NCBI GenBank assembly: GCA_046582185.1 | Contig: JAYGEX010000033.1 | Span: 168-64,167 of the forward strand | Direction of reading: 5' to 3' | Length of the DNA: 64,000 bases | Origin: Pseudomonadales bacterium | Lineage (GTDB): Bacteria > Pseudomonadota > Gammaproteobacteria > Pseudomonadales > Azotimanducaceae | Part shown: positions 46,207 through 57,375 of the stretch, one piece after another | Layout: the number at the start of each line of letters is the position of its first letter | Position numbering within the stretch: the stretch's first letter is position 1 | Notes under the pieces: model-generated | Database searches by the model: none | What the model saw: the letters and a program-made list of their open reading frames with translations, nothing else | Told to the model about the DNA's origin: nothing | Position numbers and translations under genes: made by a program

Positions 46207-47651
46207 TTACTGTTTCCTTAGCGCCTGCGAATCCGGTGTGCCCTGATCATCTGCGAGCGACGCCAGATGCTCATCTAACACTTTATACAAGGGCGTCTCT
46301 ACCCAAGTGTCTTCGATGTAGTGGCGAAGACGCTCTTGCTCCTGGGGATCTTTCAATAGATTGTAGATCGCGGGATCGAGGTTTGTTACGACAGGTTCAC
46401 CGATTCTCTCTATCTCCTTGAAGAGCATTTTCCAGTTCCGCCATTTCACCGCGGCAACTTCATTGCCAATGTAAAACACGATTGACTCTCGAGCAGACTT
46501 CTTGGCTTTGCCCATGAGGAAATCCGAATGGTCAGCACTGTCCATGATGCGATCGCTAGGGAGATCAAGACCCAGCATAGCGGCCAATGTGGCGTACACA
46601 TCCATCGCATGGACAATTTCGTTGGATTTTTGCCTCGGTGGAATTTTACCGGGCCAGCGGATCAAAAAAGGAACGCGAAAGGAACCTTCGTAGCTGGTAA
46701 AAAGGCTACCTCGCCAGGGTCCGTTGAATCCTTCTCTTCCGACTCCCCCATAGCCTCCGTTGTCAGAGGTAAAGATGAAAATAGTATCGTCCTTGATCCC
46801 CTGTTTTTCGATTGCATTCAGGAGTTCACCGATATAGGTATCCGTCTGTGCCAGGATATCAGCGAAATCACCGTTGCCAGTTTTACCCCTGGCCTCGGGG
46901 TGAGGATCATGAGGCGTATGTGTTTGCGTATATGGAATGAAAACGAAGAATGGTTTGTCTTTATTTGCCTTGCGTTGAATGAAGTCGAGCGCGTGATCGG
47001 TAATCTCTCGATCCATCGTCGCACGCTTCTTACGACCATAGACTTCGTGCTCTTTGGGCTTCTCACCACGCTTGGCGGACATGACATGCATGAAGCGGGC
47101 TCCCGAATCTTTTTGATAGGAGGCACTGTCCGGCCAGAAAGATCTATCCGAGGACCTGGGAATACCCCACCATTCATCGAAACCCTGATCGGTGGGGAAG
47201 CGGCCCTCGGTGTCTCCCAAATGCCATTTACCAAATAATCCCGTTGCGTAACCGGCATCCGATAGGAATTCAGCCAGCGTGTACTCCGACAAATTTAATC
47301 CATACCATGGATCTTGCGGCGGAGCACCTTTCCGTAGCCTTGTATGTATCGCGTAGCGGCCGGTCATCAACGCTGCGGTGACGGTGTGCACTCCGCATCT
47401 ACGTTATAGTTCGTCAGTTGGAAGCCTTCATTGGCAATGCTATCGATATTTGGCGTTGCGGCGCCGCGAATTTCGCCGCCGCCATAAACACCAGGTTCTC
47501 CATAACCAAAATTATCCATCAGAACCAGCACAATATTTGGATTGTCGTCGCGTCCAGCAGCATCCAAAGTCATTGGAATTGAGACAATTAAAACTAACAG
47601 TAACGCGGGGATTGTCGCTCTTCGAACGCATTGGCACATCGTGACCTCCAT
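46207..47651 (-). pseudogene. arylsulfatase (formylglycine-dependent type) interrupted by a 1-nt frameshift in the C-x-P-S-R motif
   Basis: The upstream piece ends ..NYNVDAECTPSPQR*. The downstream piece (other frame) continues ..TAALMTGRY. On the minus strand TGC ACA CCG TCA CC GCA GCG TTG ATG has 2 nt where an Arg codon is expected (+ strand 47377-47378). Confidence 0.75.
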
Positions 47652-48021
47652 TGAGGTTTTGAATAAAAGTCTTACCCAAGCTTACTAGACACTGTGGTTG
47701 TTTAGGCGCTAATTTTTCTCCACGCTGAAGCCACTCCCGCGATACCTCATACTGCTCACACAGGGTGTCGCAGTACAACGGGTCCTCTGAGTCAGCTGTA
47801 GTAGAGCGTCAGTTCGTCGTACACTGCATATCGCCCGGGCACGTAACGCCATACGCTCGCTCGTTCCTTTGCATATAGCGGAAACGGCGAAAACACCCCG
47901 GCCCTTGCCGGGCGTAACGCGAATCCTGTATGGGATACACAACCCCATATCGTCGTTCCCCGTCATATTCCAATCTCCTGACACAAACACTCAAAGCAGG
48001 CATTCTAAAAATTCGTGTGAA

Positions 48022-49407
48022 TCACTTCACAATGCCAGGTGCCTGATACCCACCCATCAACTGAGAGATGTGCCCGGCGAGTCGAATCGTTGTGAGGTCG
48101 GCTCCATAAGGCCCCACTACCTGGAAGCTGATTGGTAAGCCTGATTCGCCCAGTCCGATCGGCGGGACTGAAGCTGGCAGATAGGCCATGCCGGTCAAGA
48201 TTGTCCAACTCACCAGATCTGCATACGGACGCTGTTCACCATTGCAAACGAGAGTTCGGGTTGAGAAATCACCTCCGTGAACATGCTCGAAAGGTGGCAC
48301 GAACGATACGGGCATAATTATCGCATCATAATTTTCAAAGAACATGGACCACTCTGAACGAAGAGACTGACGTTTTAGATCAGCTTCAAGCCAGGCATGA
48401 TGACCAATATCTGTTTCCTGCAATTGTTGTTCAGAGTGACTTTGCAGCATCGCGGCTCCCACCAATTGCAAGCCAAGTGCTAATGCTTCTGCAGGATCAA
48501 TATTGGGTTGTGCATCGCGATCGACTTGAATGCCGGATTTTTCGAGCTCGTTAACTGCAGCTTGAATAACCGTTAGCACTTCATTATCTAATTTGCAGAA
48601 ATCGTGTTCCATCCAGACAGCAACGCGCATTTCGCTCAGCGCCTTAGCTGGCTGCAAGCGGGTCACCAGAGGGCCATCTTGTCGTATCATCAATTTAAGC
48701 AATAACTCCAAATCTTCTGCAGACCGGGCTATTGGACCATGCACGTTCACATCCGCCTCGGCCGTACCGCCCTGGACATGATCAATATAGCCACGGCTTC
48801 CAACAATTCCCCAACTTGGTTTATGGCCAAAGACGCCACAAAACGAAGCCGGAAATCGAATTGACCCTCCGATGTCGGTGCCAATCTCAAAGGACGACAT
48901 GCCTGTGGCGACCGCAGCAGCTGCACCACCCGACGATCCGCCAGGCACTCTATCTTTATTCCAGGGGTTGTTGGTCGTACCAAACATATCATTGTATGCC
49001 TGGATGTCCCCTGACCAACGAGGCAGGTTAGTCTTGCCGATGACAATAGCCCCGGCTTGCCTGACCGCTTTGACTACATCAGCATCTTTTGCTGGAACAT
49101 TGTTGTGCAGCTCTGTTGCTCCACCGGTTGAACGCATACCTTTGACTTCAAGCGCATCTTTTATTGTAATTGGGATGCCGTGCAATGGGCCTCGATTCAC
49201 CCCGCGCTCGAGCTGCGAGTCAGCTTCATCCGCAGCTTGCCGAGCAGAATCAAACTCGCGAGTAATGACTGCATTGAGCTCAGGGTCAACTTGTTCAATC
49301 CGGGCGATCATCGCCTCCAGTAGCTCACGACTGGTGATGTCCCTGTTTCGGATGGCTTCTGCCTGATGACTGGTTGACCATAAAGTAATATCAGATTCCG
49401 GATTCAT
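48022..49407 (-). CDS. amidase-signature family amidase
   Basis: GIPITIKD, GGSSGGAAAAVA, and GTDIGGSIRFPA Ser-cisSer-Lys signature. Confidence 0.9.
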   Translation of the reverse strand: MNPESDITLWSTSHQAEAIRNRDITSRELLEAMIARIEQVDPELNAVITREFDSARQAADEADSQLERGVNRGPLHGIPITIKDALEVKGMRSTGGATELHNNVPAKDADVVKAVRQAGAIVIGKTNLPRWSGDIQAYNDMFGTTNNPWNKDRVPGGSSGGAAAAVATGMSSFEIGTDIGGSIRFPASFCGVFGHKPSWGIVGSRGYIDHVQGGTAEADVNVHGPIARSAEDLELLLKLMIRQDGPLVTRLQPAKALSEMRVAVWMEHDFCKLDNEVLTVIQAAVNELEKSGIQVDRDAQPNIDPAEALALGLQLVGAAMLQSHSEQQLQETDIGHHAWLEADLKRQSLRSEWSMFFENYDAIIMPVSFVPPFEHVHGGDFSTRTLVCNGEQRPYADLVSWTILTGMAYLPASVPPIGLGESGLPISFQVVGPYGADLTTIRLAGHISQLMGGYQAPGIVK

Positions 49408-49498
49408 AAAGTTCTCCTAAGGCACCTATAATTCCAATAGTGTATCGCGAGTATAAGAAGGACGAAGACCTTTTTACAACACATGGTTAGCCCGGAAC

Positions 49499-50533
49499 TC
49501 ACAACTCCTCTTTGGCGAGTTGTTTTACCCTTGGTACAACCTCAGTAAACAGTTTTTCCAGACTCCCGGCCATCTGCTCGGTCCGTAATCCCGGTGGCAC
49601 TGCCATACTAACAATATCGGTCATGCCGAACTCGGTGATAAATGTGAAGAGCTGTTCTACACACTCATCAACGTTACCGATAATCCAGGTTTGAGGGATC
49701 GGTTCACCTTGATTGTTGCCAAAGCCGTCATCGTTGCTCTCCGCGAAAAAACGTTCATAAAGTTTCATGCGGTATTTTTCTGCGACGCGGACTATTGGCC
49801 AGTCAGTATCCCTGTCATCGGTCACCAGAATGCTGCGGATGATCCCAACGCGATAGTCCGATGGATTGCGATTACTTTTCGTTAACGCATCCACCCAGGG
49901 GTCGAAAGAGTTCTCCTTAAGTCCCTGGGGTAAAAAATGTGTATTGTACTCAGCGGCGCGTAGCGCACCCGCTTCAGACATTGCAGCGAGCCACAAAGGC
50001 GGACCACCTTCCTGTACATACCCTGGTGTAATGATGACATCCTCAAATTGATAGCGTTTGCCGGAATAGCTGAATTTCTCGCCTGTAAAGCAACGCTGTA
50101 AGACCTCAATGCCTTCATTCATTAACGACAACCGCCGACTCACAGGGAAACCGAAGCCGCGAAATTCATGAGGTGCGTAACCCATGCCGATGCCCACTTC
50201 GACCCTTCCACCTGAGAGGTTATCCAGTACCGCCAAATCTTCTGCCAATCGAATCGGATGATTAAATGGCATTAAGCAGATATCGGTGCCAAACCTGACA
50301 TGACTCGTTACGGCTGCCATGGCTGATGCCACAGGAATCCAACTGGGAAGGTAGCCATCATCAACAAAGTGATGCTCGGTAAACCAGACAAGATCCGCAC
50401 CCATTTTATCCAGCCATTGCACCTGCTCTATAATTTCGGCATACAGGTGTTGGTCCGTCACACCAGAATCCGGCGGATTACGAAAGTCGTAGCAAACACC
50501 GAATCGAAGGGCAGGTTTCTTGGGCGCGGGCAT
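49499..50533 (-). CDS. LLM-class (luciferase-like) flavin-dependent oxidoreductase
   Basis: GAGGA RBS before ATG 50533. MPAPKKPALRFGVCYDF.., FTEHHF, LDNLSGGRVEVGIGMGY. The 106-codon upstream extension in the ORF track is discounted. Confidence 0.8.
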   Translation of the reverse strand: MPAPKKPALRFGVCYDFRNPPDSGVTDQHLYAEIIEQVQWLDKMGADLVWFTEHHFVDDGYLPSWIPVASAMAAVTSHVRFGTDICLMPFNHPIRLAEDLAVLDNLSGGRVEVGIGMGYAPHEFRGFGFPVSRRLSLMNEGIEVLQRCFTGEKFSYSGKRYQFEDVIITPGYVQEGGPPLWLAAMSEAGALRAAEYNTHFLPQGLKENSFDPWVDALTKSNRNPSDYRVGIIRSILVTDDRDTDWPIVRVAEKYRMKLYERFFAESNDDGFGNNQGEPIPQTWIIGNVDECVEQLFTFITEFGMTDIVSMAVPPGLRTEQMAGSLEKLFTEVVPRVKQLAKEEL

Positions 50534-50662
50534 AGGATGATCCTCTACTTTGTGGATGCCTACACCATACACCCCGGTTTGACACCAGCCAAGATATGGG
50601 TGATAACGAGTATTGATTAATCGTAGTGAATTGAGCCTTGGCAGAAGATAAGGAGACGGTAA

Positions 50663-52354
50663 ATGGAATATGACATCATCATTCGGAACGGCACAGTAGT
50701 CGATGGCACGGGAGATGCGCCGCGCATGGCGGACGTTGCAATCAAAGGAGATCGAATTGCTGCTATCGGTGATATCACCGACGATGCAACGATGGTGATT
50801 GATGCAAAAGGTGCCTATGTAACCCCCGGTTTTGTCGATATTCATACCCACCTGGATGCACAGATAGCCTGGGACCCCATTGCCTCATCTAGTTGCTACC
50901 ACGGGGTGACCTCCGTTGTTATGGGGAATTGCGGGGTTAGCTTCGCGCCGTGCAAGCCGGAAGATCGAGAGTATCTTTCCGAGATGATGGAGTCTGTTGA
51001 AGATATTCCTAAAAAGGCGATTCAAACAGGACTACCCTGGAACTGGGAAACCTACGGCGAATATCTTGCCGCAATTGAGCGTATGCCAAAGGGTGTCAAT
51101 GTAGGCGGCATGGTGGGTCATTGTGCCGTGCGCTACTACGTCATGGGTGAGAGAAGCCTGGATGAAGCACCGGCAACTGGTGAAGACATCGAAGAAATGA
51201 AAGTGGTGGTGAAAGAAGCGATTGATGCCGGTGCTCTGGGCTTCTCTACGTCCAGAACGTTTATGCACAAGGTCCCTGACGGCAGGCCAGTGCCAGGCAC
51301 CTATGCGCAACCGGAAGAGTTGTTGGCCATTGGCGAAGTCATGGGAGCAGCCGGACGCGGTGTATTTGAAGCGGCGGCTAGACTGGGTGAACGCGATAAC
51401 CAGGAGTTAACCAACACCCGCGCTGAAATTGCGTGGATGGGCGAACTGTCACGACGCAATAATGTGAATATAACCTTTGGACTGACCCAGAGCGATCGTC
51501 GGCCACAGCTATATCAATCTGTGATTGATTTTTCTGAAGAAGAAAATGCCAATGGATCCAATCTCAGGCCACAGACGACCTCGAGAGGTATCGGAGCGTT
51601 AATGGCCTTTTTACATCGTACGCCATTTGATGGTGCACCTGCCTGGCGGGCCCTGAGAAAATTGTCGGGAGAGGAGAAAATGGCCATTCTTGCGGATGAG
51701 CAAGAACGTCAGAGGTTAGTGGATGATGTTAATCTTGAAGATATCCAGATGGACTTTGAAAAACTTTTTGTACTGATGCCAGATCACGTTCGTTACGATA
51801 TGGACCCATCTACTTCACTGGCAGAACATGCCCGGCAAAGAGGTGTCGACCCCGTAACCGCATTCTTGGAAATTAGCCTGGAAACACAAGGCAAAGCCGT
51901 ATTTACCTTTTCGTTCCTGAACCAGCAAATGGATGCAGTTGAATCCATGTTAAATCAACCTATTGTGGCGATGGGGCTGGCGGATTCGGGGGCGCATGTT
52001 GGGCAGATAATGGACGCGAGCCAACCGACCTGGTTATTAAAGTACTGGGTAAAAGAGAAAGGTCTGCTGTCCATTGAGGATGCGATTCGTCGTTGGACCT
52101 CAGACACGGCGGCAATTTTTGGTATTAAGGATCGCGGCACACTGGCTGTTGGTATGTATGCTGATGTTAACGTGATTAACCTTGATGAACTCGATTTGGG
52201 GTTGCCTGAATATGTATATGATTTCCCCCATGGCGCTGGTCGATACATCCAGCGAGCGAAGGGATATCAAACCACCCTCGTCAATGGCCAGGTGTTTATG
52301 AAAGATGGCGAACCTACCGGGAATCTTGCTGGTTTAATGCTTCAAAATCGGTAA
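50663..52354 (+). CDS. N-acyl-D-amino-acid deacylase (D-aminoacylase) family amidohydrolase
   Basis: YDIIIRNGTVVDGTG......DVAIKGDRIAAIG, PGFVDIHTHLD, DSGAH. Confidence 0.85.
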   Translation: MEYDIIIRNGTVVDGTGDAPRMADVAIKGDRIAAIGDITDDATMVIDAKGAYVTPGFVDIHTHLDAQIAWDPIASSSCYHGVTSVVMGNCGVSFAPCKPEDREYLSEMMESVEDIPKKAIQTGLPWNWETYGEYLAAIERMPKGVNVGGMVGHCAVRYYVMGERSLDEAPATGEDIEEMKVVVKEAIDAGALGFSTSRTFMHKVPDGRPVPGTYAQPEELLAIGEVMGAAGRGVFEAAARLGERDNQELTNTRAEIAWMGELSRRNNVNITFGLTQSDRRPQLYQSVIDFSEEENANGSNLRPQTTSRGIGALMAFLHRTPFDGAPAWRALRKLSGEEKMAILADEQERQRLVDDVNLEDIQMDFEKLFVLMPDHVRYDMDPSTSLAEHARQRGVDPVTAFLEISLETQGKAVFTFSFLNQQMDAVESMLNQPIVAMGLADSGAHVGQIMDASQPTWLLKYWVKEKGLLSIEDAIRRWTSDTAAIFGIKDRGTLAVGMYADVNVINLDELDLGLPEYVYDFPHGAGRYIQRAKGYQTTLVNGQVFMKDGEPTGNLAGLMLQNR

Positions 52355-52386
52355 AGAGAGGTAGAAGTAAACGAACAGGTGACGAA

Positions 52387-53256
52387 ATGAAATTCGGACT
52401 ACGCTACTGCAACACAGGTCAATATGTTGACCCAAAAAGAGCCGTGGAACTTATGCAAGCTGGTGAAGAAGCTGGATTCGAGTCGGCATGGACGGTCGAG
52501 CACACAGTTCTGCCAGAAGGATACGAATCACCGTACCCCTACTCACCCGATGGCAAGATTGCCGGTGGTCGTAACGATATTCCCCTGCCCGATCCGTTGA
52601 TATGGATGGCCTATGTCGCCGCTCACACCTCCACGATCAAGCTCGCGACAGGTATCCTTATCCTGCCGCAACACAATCCTGTTATCACGGCCAAACAGAT
52701 CGCAACTCTGGATGTTATGTCCGCAGGTCGAATCATCATCGGTATCGGCGTCGGCTGGTTGTCTGAAGAGTTCGACGCACTCGGTGTCGATTTCGCTTCC
52801 CGTGGTCCACGAACTGATGAATATGTTGCAGCGATGAGGATTCTTTGGGCGGAAGACTTACCAACATTTAGTGGAGAATTCGTTCAATTCAAAGGTGCGT
52901 ACTGTCGGCCACAACCCGTGAATAAACATGTACCCATTATCGTCGGTGGACATTCTAAAGCAGCGGCTCGACGAGCTGGTCGAATTGGAGATGGCTTCTT
53001 CCCGGCACGCGGAATTTCCGAAGAACTCCTGCAACTGGCTCGAGATTCAGCGCTTGAGGCCGGACGCGACCCTTCTAAGTTGGAAATTACGGCTAGCCTG
53101 CCGGAGAAACTCGAGGATATTCCCAGTCTTGCCAAACTTGGCGTGGAAAGAATCCTTGTTCCTGTCACGCCTACTCCCGGCATGGCGACATGGATCCGAA
53201 ATCCTGATGAGGCGACAGCCTGGAAAGACCTGATCGATAAATATCGCGAACTTTAA
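52387..53256 (+). CDS. LLM-class F420/flavin-dependent oxidoreductase
   Basis: MKFGL.., W..EH, LDVMSAGRIIIGIGVGW..EEF.A.G, IIVGGHS. Confidence 0.8.
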   Translation: MKFGLRYCNTGQYVDPKRAVELMQAGEEAGFESAWTVEHTVLPEGYESPYPYSPDGKIAGGRNDIPLPDPLIWMAYVAAHTSTIKLATGILILPQHNPVITAKQIATLDVMSAGRIIIGIGVGWLSEEFDALGVDFASRGPRTDEYVAAMRILWAEDLPTFSGEFVQFKGAYCRPQPVNKHVPIIVGGHSKAAARRAGRIGDGFFPARGISEELLQLARDSALEAGRDPSKLEITASLPEKLEDIPSLAKLGVERILVPVTPTPGMATWIRNPDEATAWKDLIDKYREL

Positions 53257-53422
53257 TCGCGATCAGAGAAACTGCTGCTATTCCCACGCAAAATTGGTCT
53301 CCAGGTAATCTAAGATCTTCTTGATCACAAGCTCCTGTTTTGAAAACATGGAGTTTCCTGTACATTATCATCAGCGGCGGTGGATACTCTCGCCTACGGA
53401 CATCATTCAATCAGGAGAAGGT

Positions 53423-54235
53423 ATGCCGCTGGAATACTTCAAATCCGATGCAGACTCCGACGATGTTGTCGCAGCGCTTAAACGCGATGGCGCCGCTGTC
53501 GTTACCAACCAGGTTTCTGATGAGATTGCGGACGCGATTCGGGCGGAACTCCGTGATCCTTTTGATACGCAGGGTCGTTCCGACGAGAGTGATTTTAATG
53601 GCTACAAAACGCTGCGAGCCAGTGGAATACTTGGGTGGTCCCCCACGTCCCCCGAGGTCGTAGCACATCCCCGTGTTATGGACGTCTGTGATGCGGTTCT
53701 TCTTGAGCACTGCCTAAACTATCGAATCGGCAGTCTGACTGCGATCGAAATTTATCCCGGCGAGACAGACCAATACCTGCATACCGATGACGGCATCTAC
53801 CCTGTCCGCATGCCCGGCATGCAGTTGCAGGTGAGTTCGATGTGGGCCCTTGATGATTTCACCGAAGAAAACGGCGCAACTCGCGTGGCGCTCGGCAGTC
53901 ACCGAGAGAACAACATGGACCGTTTTAGCGCAGAGAAAATGAAAAAGGAAAGCAACATCGTGCAAGCCGAAATGCCGAAAGGTTCGGTGCTTTTCTATTT
54001 GGGCACTACGTTACACGGTGGAGGTGCTAATCGTTCCTCTGCGCCGCGAACAGGTTTAATCAACACTTACGCCTTAGGCTGGTTGCGCCAGGAAGAAAAT
54101 CAGTATCTCAATGTGCCACGCGAAATTGCAGACAGGCATTCGAAAAAGATTCGTGACCTGATGGGATATAACATGCATCGAACCCTTGGGTCTTACCAGC
54201 ATCCGGACGGAACCTGGATGGCCAATAACAATTAG
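53423..54235 (+). CDS. phytanoyl-CoA dioxygenase (PhyH) family oxygenase
   Basis: CAGGAGAAGG RBS before ATG 53423. L.RDGAAVV, LHTDD (HxD), TLHGGGAN. Confidence 0.75.
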   Translation: MPLEYFKSDADSDDVVAALKRDGAAVVTNQVSDEIADAIRAELRDPFDTQGRSDESDFNGYKTLRASGILGWSPTSPEVVAHPRVMDVCDAVLLEHCLNYRIGSLTAIEIYPGETDQYLHTDDGIYPVRMPGMQLQVSSMWALDDFTEENGATRVALGSHRENNMDRFSAEKMKKESNIVQAEMPKGSVLFYLGTTLHGGGANRSSAPRTGLINTYALGWLRQEENQYLNVPREIADRHSKKIRDLMGYNMHRTLGSYQHPDGTWMANNN

Positions 54236-55647
54236 GCATCTTCTAAGCTTGCGACACTGGCGGCATGATGTAAGCGGCTAATGTTGTACCGCGATATTGC
54301 GTAACATGCTCCGAGCCATATCGCCGCAACAAGCGGACCATAAATCAGACCCAAGTTAAATATAATCGTCTCGTCAACATTGCCAACGCTTGTCACCGTC
54401 GGGAACGCGATGATCGCCAGTAATGTCCCAGCCAGTAACGAGCCAATAGCATCGGCGCACTTGGCACAAAATGTAACAGCGGAGGAAATCACCCCCTCGT
54501 TGCGACGGCCGGTTTCGATTTGGGTCTGCTCCGTAATGTCCGCCGTCATGGAGCGCCATGCAACATCAAAGAACAGAAACAAGACGGTTTCAAAAAAACC
54601 AATGACCAACATGGTCCAGAACAGCATCTCCGATCCGTTTTCAGGCCAGAACCCCAGTAAACGTAACGAGATCGGAATTAAGTTAGTTGCGATGGCGCCC
54701 ATAAGACCGACCATAGCGACAACCTTCTTTTCTTTGCCGATAGCGAAACGCTCTAGGATAGGTGGCAACAGTAACCCACCCAACGCCATCGGTATAACGA
54801 TGAGCGAAATCTGGCGGCTCGTAAATTCCCAAAAATAGCTGTACATATATACCCACATCACACGGTAGGTGCCCGAACCAGCGTAATACAACATGCCCGA
54901 TGTGATCATCACGCGCATGGCCTTGTTGGAAATGACGTCGCGTACCTGTATATAGAATTGCTTCAGGCTGACTGGCTGATGAATTTCCAGTTGTCTGGAA
55001 CGAGGAATGAATTTGTGCAAGCCAACGGTGAATATTAGTATTGCAGCGGCGATCATCAGCGCCCCATAAACACCGGCTGTCTTGTAGCCCTCTACATTTA
55101 ATACTCCGTCTGCATACTGCTCAGTTGGAACCAACCAGATGGCGTACATCAATACAGAGAAACCATTACCAACAACCGAAAGCACTGAGTGATATACGGT
55201 CAGTAATCGGGTGCGCTCCTCGTAATCGCTGGTAATCTCGGCGAGCAAGGCGTACGCGGGAATCAGAAAAAGCGTCGTGCAGAAACGCAGCGATGCATTA
55301 ACGACTAGCAGCCATACGAAAAGTTCCCAGTCACCCTGAAGTGTTAGTGGTGGATGCCATAGAAAAAAGTACGCTGCTGCAAGCGGTATTATCGAGGCAT
55401 AAAGATACGGATGCCGCCTGCCTAATCGTGACCGTGTATTGTCAGATAAATAGCCAACCAACGGATCGGTAACAGCATCGATAACAAGGCCGATTGCCAA
55501 CGCCATACCGGCTAGCCCTGGTGCTAACCCCAGAACCTGGCTGTAAAAGATGAGCGTAAAGTAGTGCGCATTGCTAATGACGCCATAGACAATGCCACCG
55601 GTGCCAAAATAGGCACGGGTATTCAGTCCAATGGCTGATTTCATCAA
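54232..55647 (-). CDS. MFS transporter, glycoside-pentoside-hexuronide (GPH)-like
   Basis: ~12 hydrophobic spans. [24 protein letters not shown] is the GPH loop 2-3 motif. Confidence 0.8.
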   Translation of the reverse strand: MMKSAIGLNTRAYFGTGGIVYGVISNAHYFTLIFYSQVLGLAPGLAGMALAIGLVIDAVTDPLVGYLSDNTRSRLGRRHPYLYASIIPLAAAYFFLWHPPLTLQGDWELFVWLLVVNASLRFCTTLFLIPAYALLAEITSDYEERTRLLTVYHSVLSVVGNGFSVLMYAIWLVPTEQYADGVLNVEGYKTAGVYGALMIAAAILIFTVGLHKFIPRSRQLEIHQPVSLKQFYIQVRDVISNKAMRVMITSGMLYYAGSGTYRVMWVYMYSYFWEFTSRQISLIVIPMALGGLLLPPILERFAIGKEKKVVAMVGLMGAIATNLIPISLRLLGFWPENGSEMLFWTMLVIGFFETVLFLFFDVAWRSMTADITEQTQIETGRRNEGVISSAVTFCAKCADAIGSLLAGTLLAIIAFPTVTSVGNVDETIIFNLGLIYGPLVAAIWLGACYAISRYNISRLHHAASVASLEDA

Positions 55648-55965
55648 TAAGTCCTGATCTCAAAATACTGGAAGCTAATGACCGCAAACCTCTTTTTCGT
55701 TGCAGTGATATTACATCAGTTCACCATAACTATTAACCCTAGCACCATTTCAACCAGGAGGCATTGCGCTGGAAAGTTGAACTGATTCATCCCCCTGACT
55801 GTTTCGTGGTGGAATTAGTAAATCGCACTGGACAGGCGAGCGAATCCAGCGAATCAACAGAAAGCGTTTATTGTCAATGGGCAAAAAACCTATGCGATGT
55901 GTGAGCCCTGAGATATAGTTTAGATAGCTCTACTTTTTTGAACGCAAAGCAGCCAGGAAGCCAGT

Positions 55966-57375
55966 ATGGCCAAACATGAAAACAATCTAGGTGTTGAGCA
56001 GAAAGCACTATCGATAAACCTGGATGCACTCAAGTACGGCACTATAGTCGAGATAGGTGCAGGGCAAGAAGTTGCGCGGCATTTTTTTTCTGCTGGCGCA
56101 GCTGCTGGGACAATCGCAAAAACCATGTCAGCATACGATATGGAAATCAGCGATCAAATTTATGGAAAAGCCCATCGCTATGTTGGTCGGGAGCGGCTAG
56201 AGCAAATGTTGAGTTTCGAGTATGACCTGCTCGTCAAGCGATTGGGTGAGAGCCGGTCCAAAGAAACCACTTTTTTCGCCTATGCCGCAACCGTCTCTGC
56301 TATGAGTTTTAAGGGAGGCAAGGAATGCCATGGATGGGTCGGTATAAGACTGCAGCTTCGGCCCGGCGAACCATGCAGCAATGTTATTCTGCACGTGAGA
56401 ATGCTGGATGCTGAGAACCGATTACAGTCAGAAGCTTTGGGGATCCTCGGTGTCAACATAATACACAGCGCTTTTCGATCCGATGTCCCGCTGGCCGAAC
56501 ATTCCAAAATTGTGATTGAGAGCCTACTGGACAATATCGAGCAGGACCGACTGGAAGTGGATTTGATTCATTTTTCAGGTCCAGCATTCCAATCCGTCGA
56601 AAATCGGCTGATGAATTTACATCTGATACATTCAAAATTAACCCGCGCAGTCATGTTTGATGCACAAGGGGATTCTGTAGTTCCCGCAGACATAATGTAT
56701 CGTTGTGCTGCATCTATCATACGCGGTAGCTTCAACCCACCTATCAAAGTACACGAAGACATGATCCGTGCTTGCCTTGAAAAAATATTGAAAATCGACA
56801 GCGTGGAGCAAGATAAAGTCATAAGCCTTGCAGAAATTTCGATGTCAGAATTTGTTTCAGGCAACAAGATCGATGATGCCGATTTCCTTGCCCGTGTGGA
56901 TATGATGAACGAAATGGGCGTGTCGGTTCTGGTTTCAGATTATTTACGCTTCTTCAGAGTACGTTCATGGTTACAGCAGTACACGAACGAGCCAGTTGCC
57001 ATGATCATTAGCGTCAGAGATCTTGGCCAAGTGTTTGATGAAGAGTTTTACCAGGATATTGAAGGCGGCATACTCGAGGCCATAGGCAAGCTATTTGCGA
57101 CTAACACCAAGATCTATGTTTATCCTGCGCTTATAGATGGTGAATTGGTCACCCTTGAGAATGCCACAGTTCCTGAAGATCAATATTTCTTACTGAAGTA
57201 TTTGATCGCAACTCAACATTTACTGCATGTTGACGACTATAACGAATCGAATCTGCCTATTTCTGTCGAGGAAGTCACAAAACTTATTTCCTCGGGAAGC
57301 GATGAATGGCAGGAATTCGTTCCGGACAAGGTCACGGCATTGATCAAGAAACGAAATTACTATACTGCCAATTAA
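55966..57375 (+). CDS. conserved hypothetical cytoplasmic protein (469 aa)
   Basis: Long uninterrupted ORF with no TM or signal peptide. The N-terminal KYGTIVEIGAGQEVARHFFSAGAAAGTIAKTMSAYDMEISDQIYG block looks conserved, but I cannot name the family. Confidence 0.6.
   Translation: MAKHENNLGVEQKALSINLDALKYGTIVEIGAGQEVARHFFSAGAAAGTIAKTMSAYDMEISDQIYGKAHRYVGRERLEQMLSFEYDLLVKRLGESRSKETTFFAYAATVSAMSFKGGKECHGWVGIRLQLRPGEPCSNVILHVRMLDAENRLQSEALGILGVNIIHSAFRSDVPLAEHSKIVIESLLDNIEQDRLEVDLIHFSGPAFQSVENRLMNLHLIHSKLTRAVMFDAQGDSVVPADIMYRCAASIIRGSFNPPIKVHEDMIRACLEKILKIDSVEQDKVISLAEISMSEFVSGNKIDDADFLARVDMMNEMGVSVLVSDYLRFFRVRSWLQQYTNEPVAMIISVRDLGQVFDEEFYQDIEGGILEAIGKLFATNTKIYVYPALIDGELVTLENATVPEDQYFLLKYLIATQHLLHVDDYNESNLPISVEEVTKLISSGSDEWQEFVPDKVTALIKKRNYYTAN

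Noticed and set aside
46528-47238. Long antisense ORFs inside real genes (e.g. 46528..47238 +, 43287..43856 +, 48872..49366 +, 36915..37310 -, 4048..4530 -, 54380..54838 +, 6788..7171 +)
   Set aside because: These are shadow ORFs opposite strongly supported genes (sulfatase, GGT, amidase, gamma-CA, rapA, MFS, glycosyltransferase). Their translations are low-complexity with no family motifs.
47709-47990. Possible SET-domain gene remnant (RVTPGKGRGVFAVSAICKGT..; another frame has ..YDELTLYYS)
   Set aside because: Only a ~15-residue GxGVFA-like match and a weak EELxxxY-like match in a different frame. At most this is a heavily decayed relic, and I cannot support it without a search.
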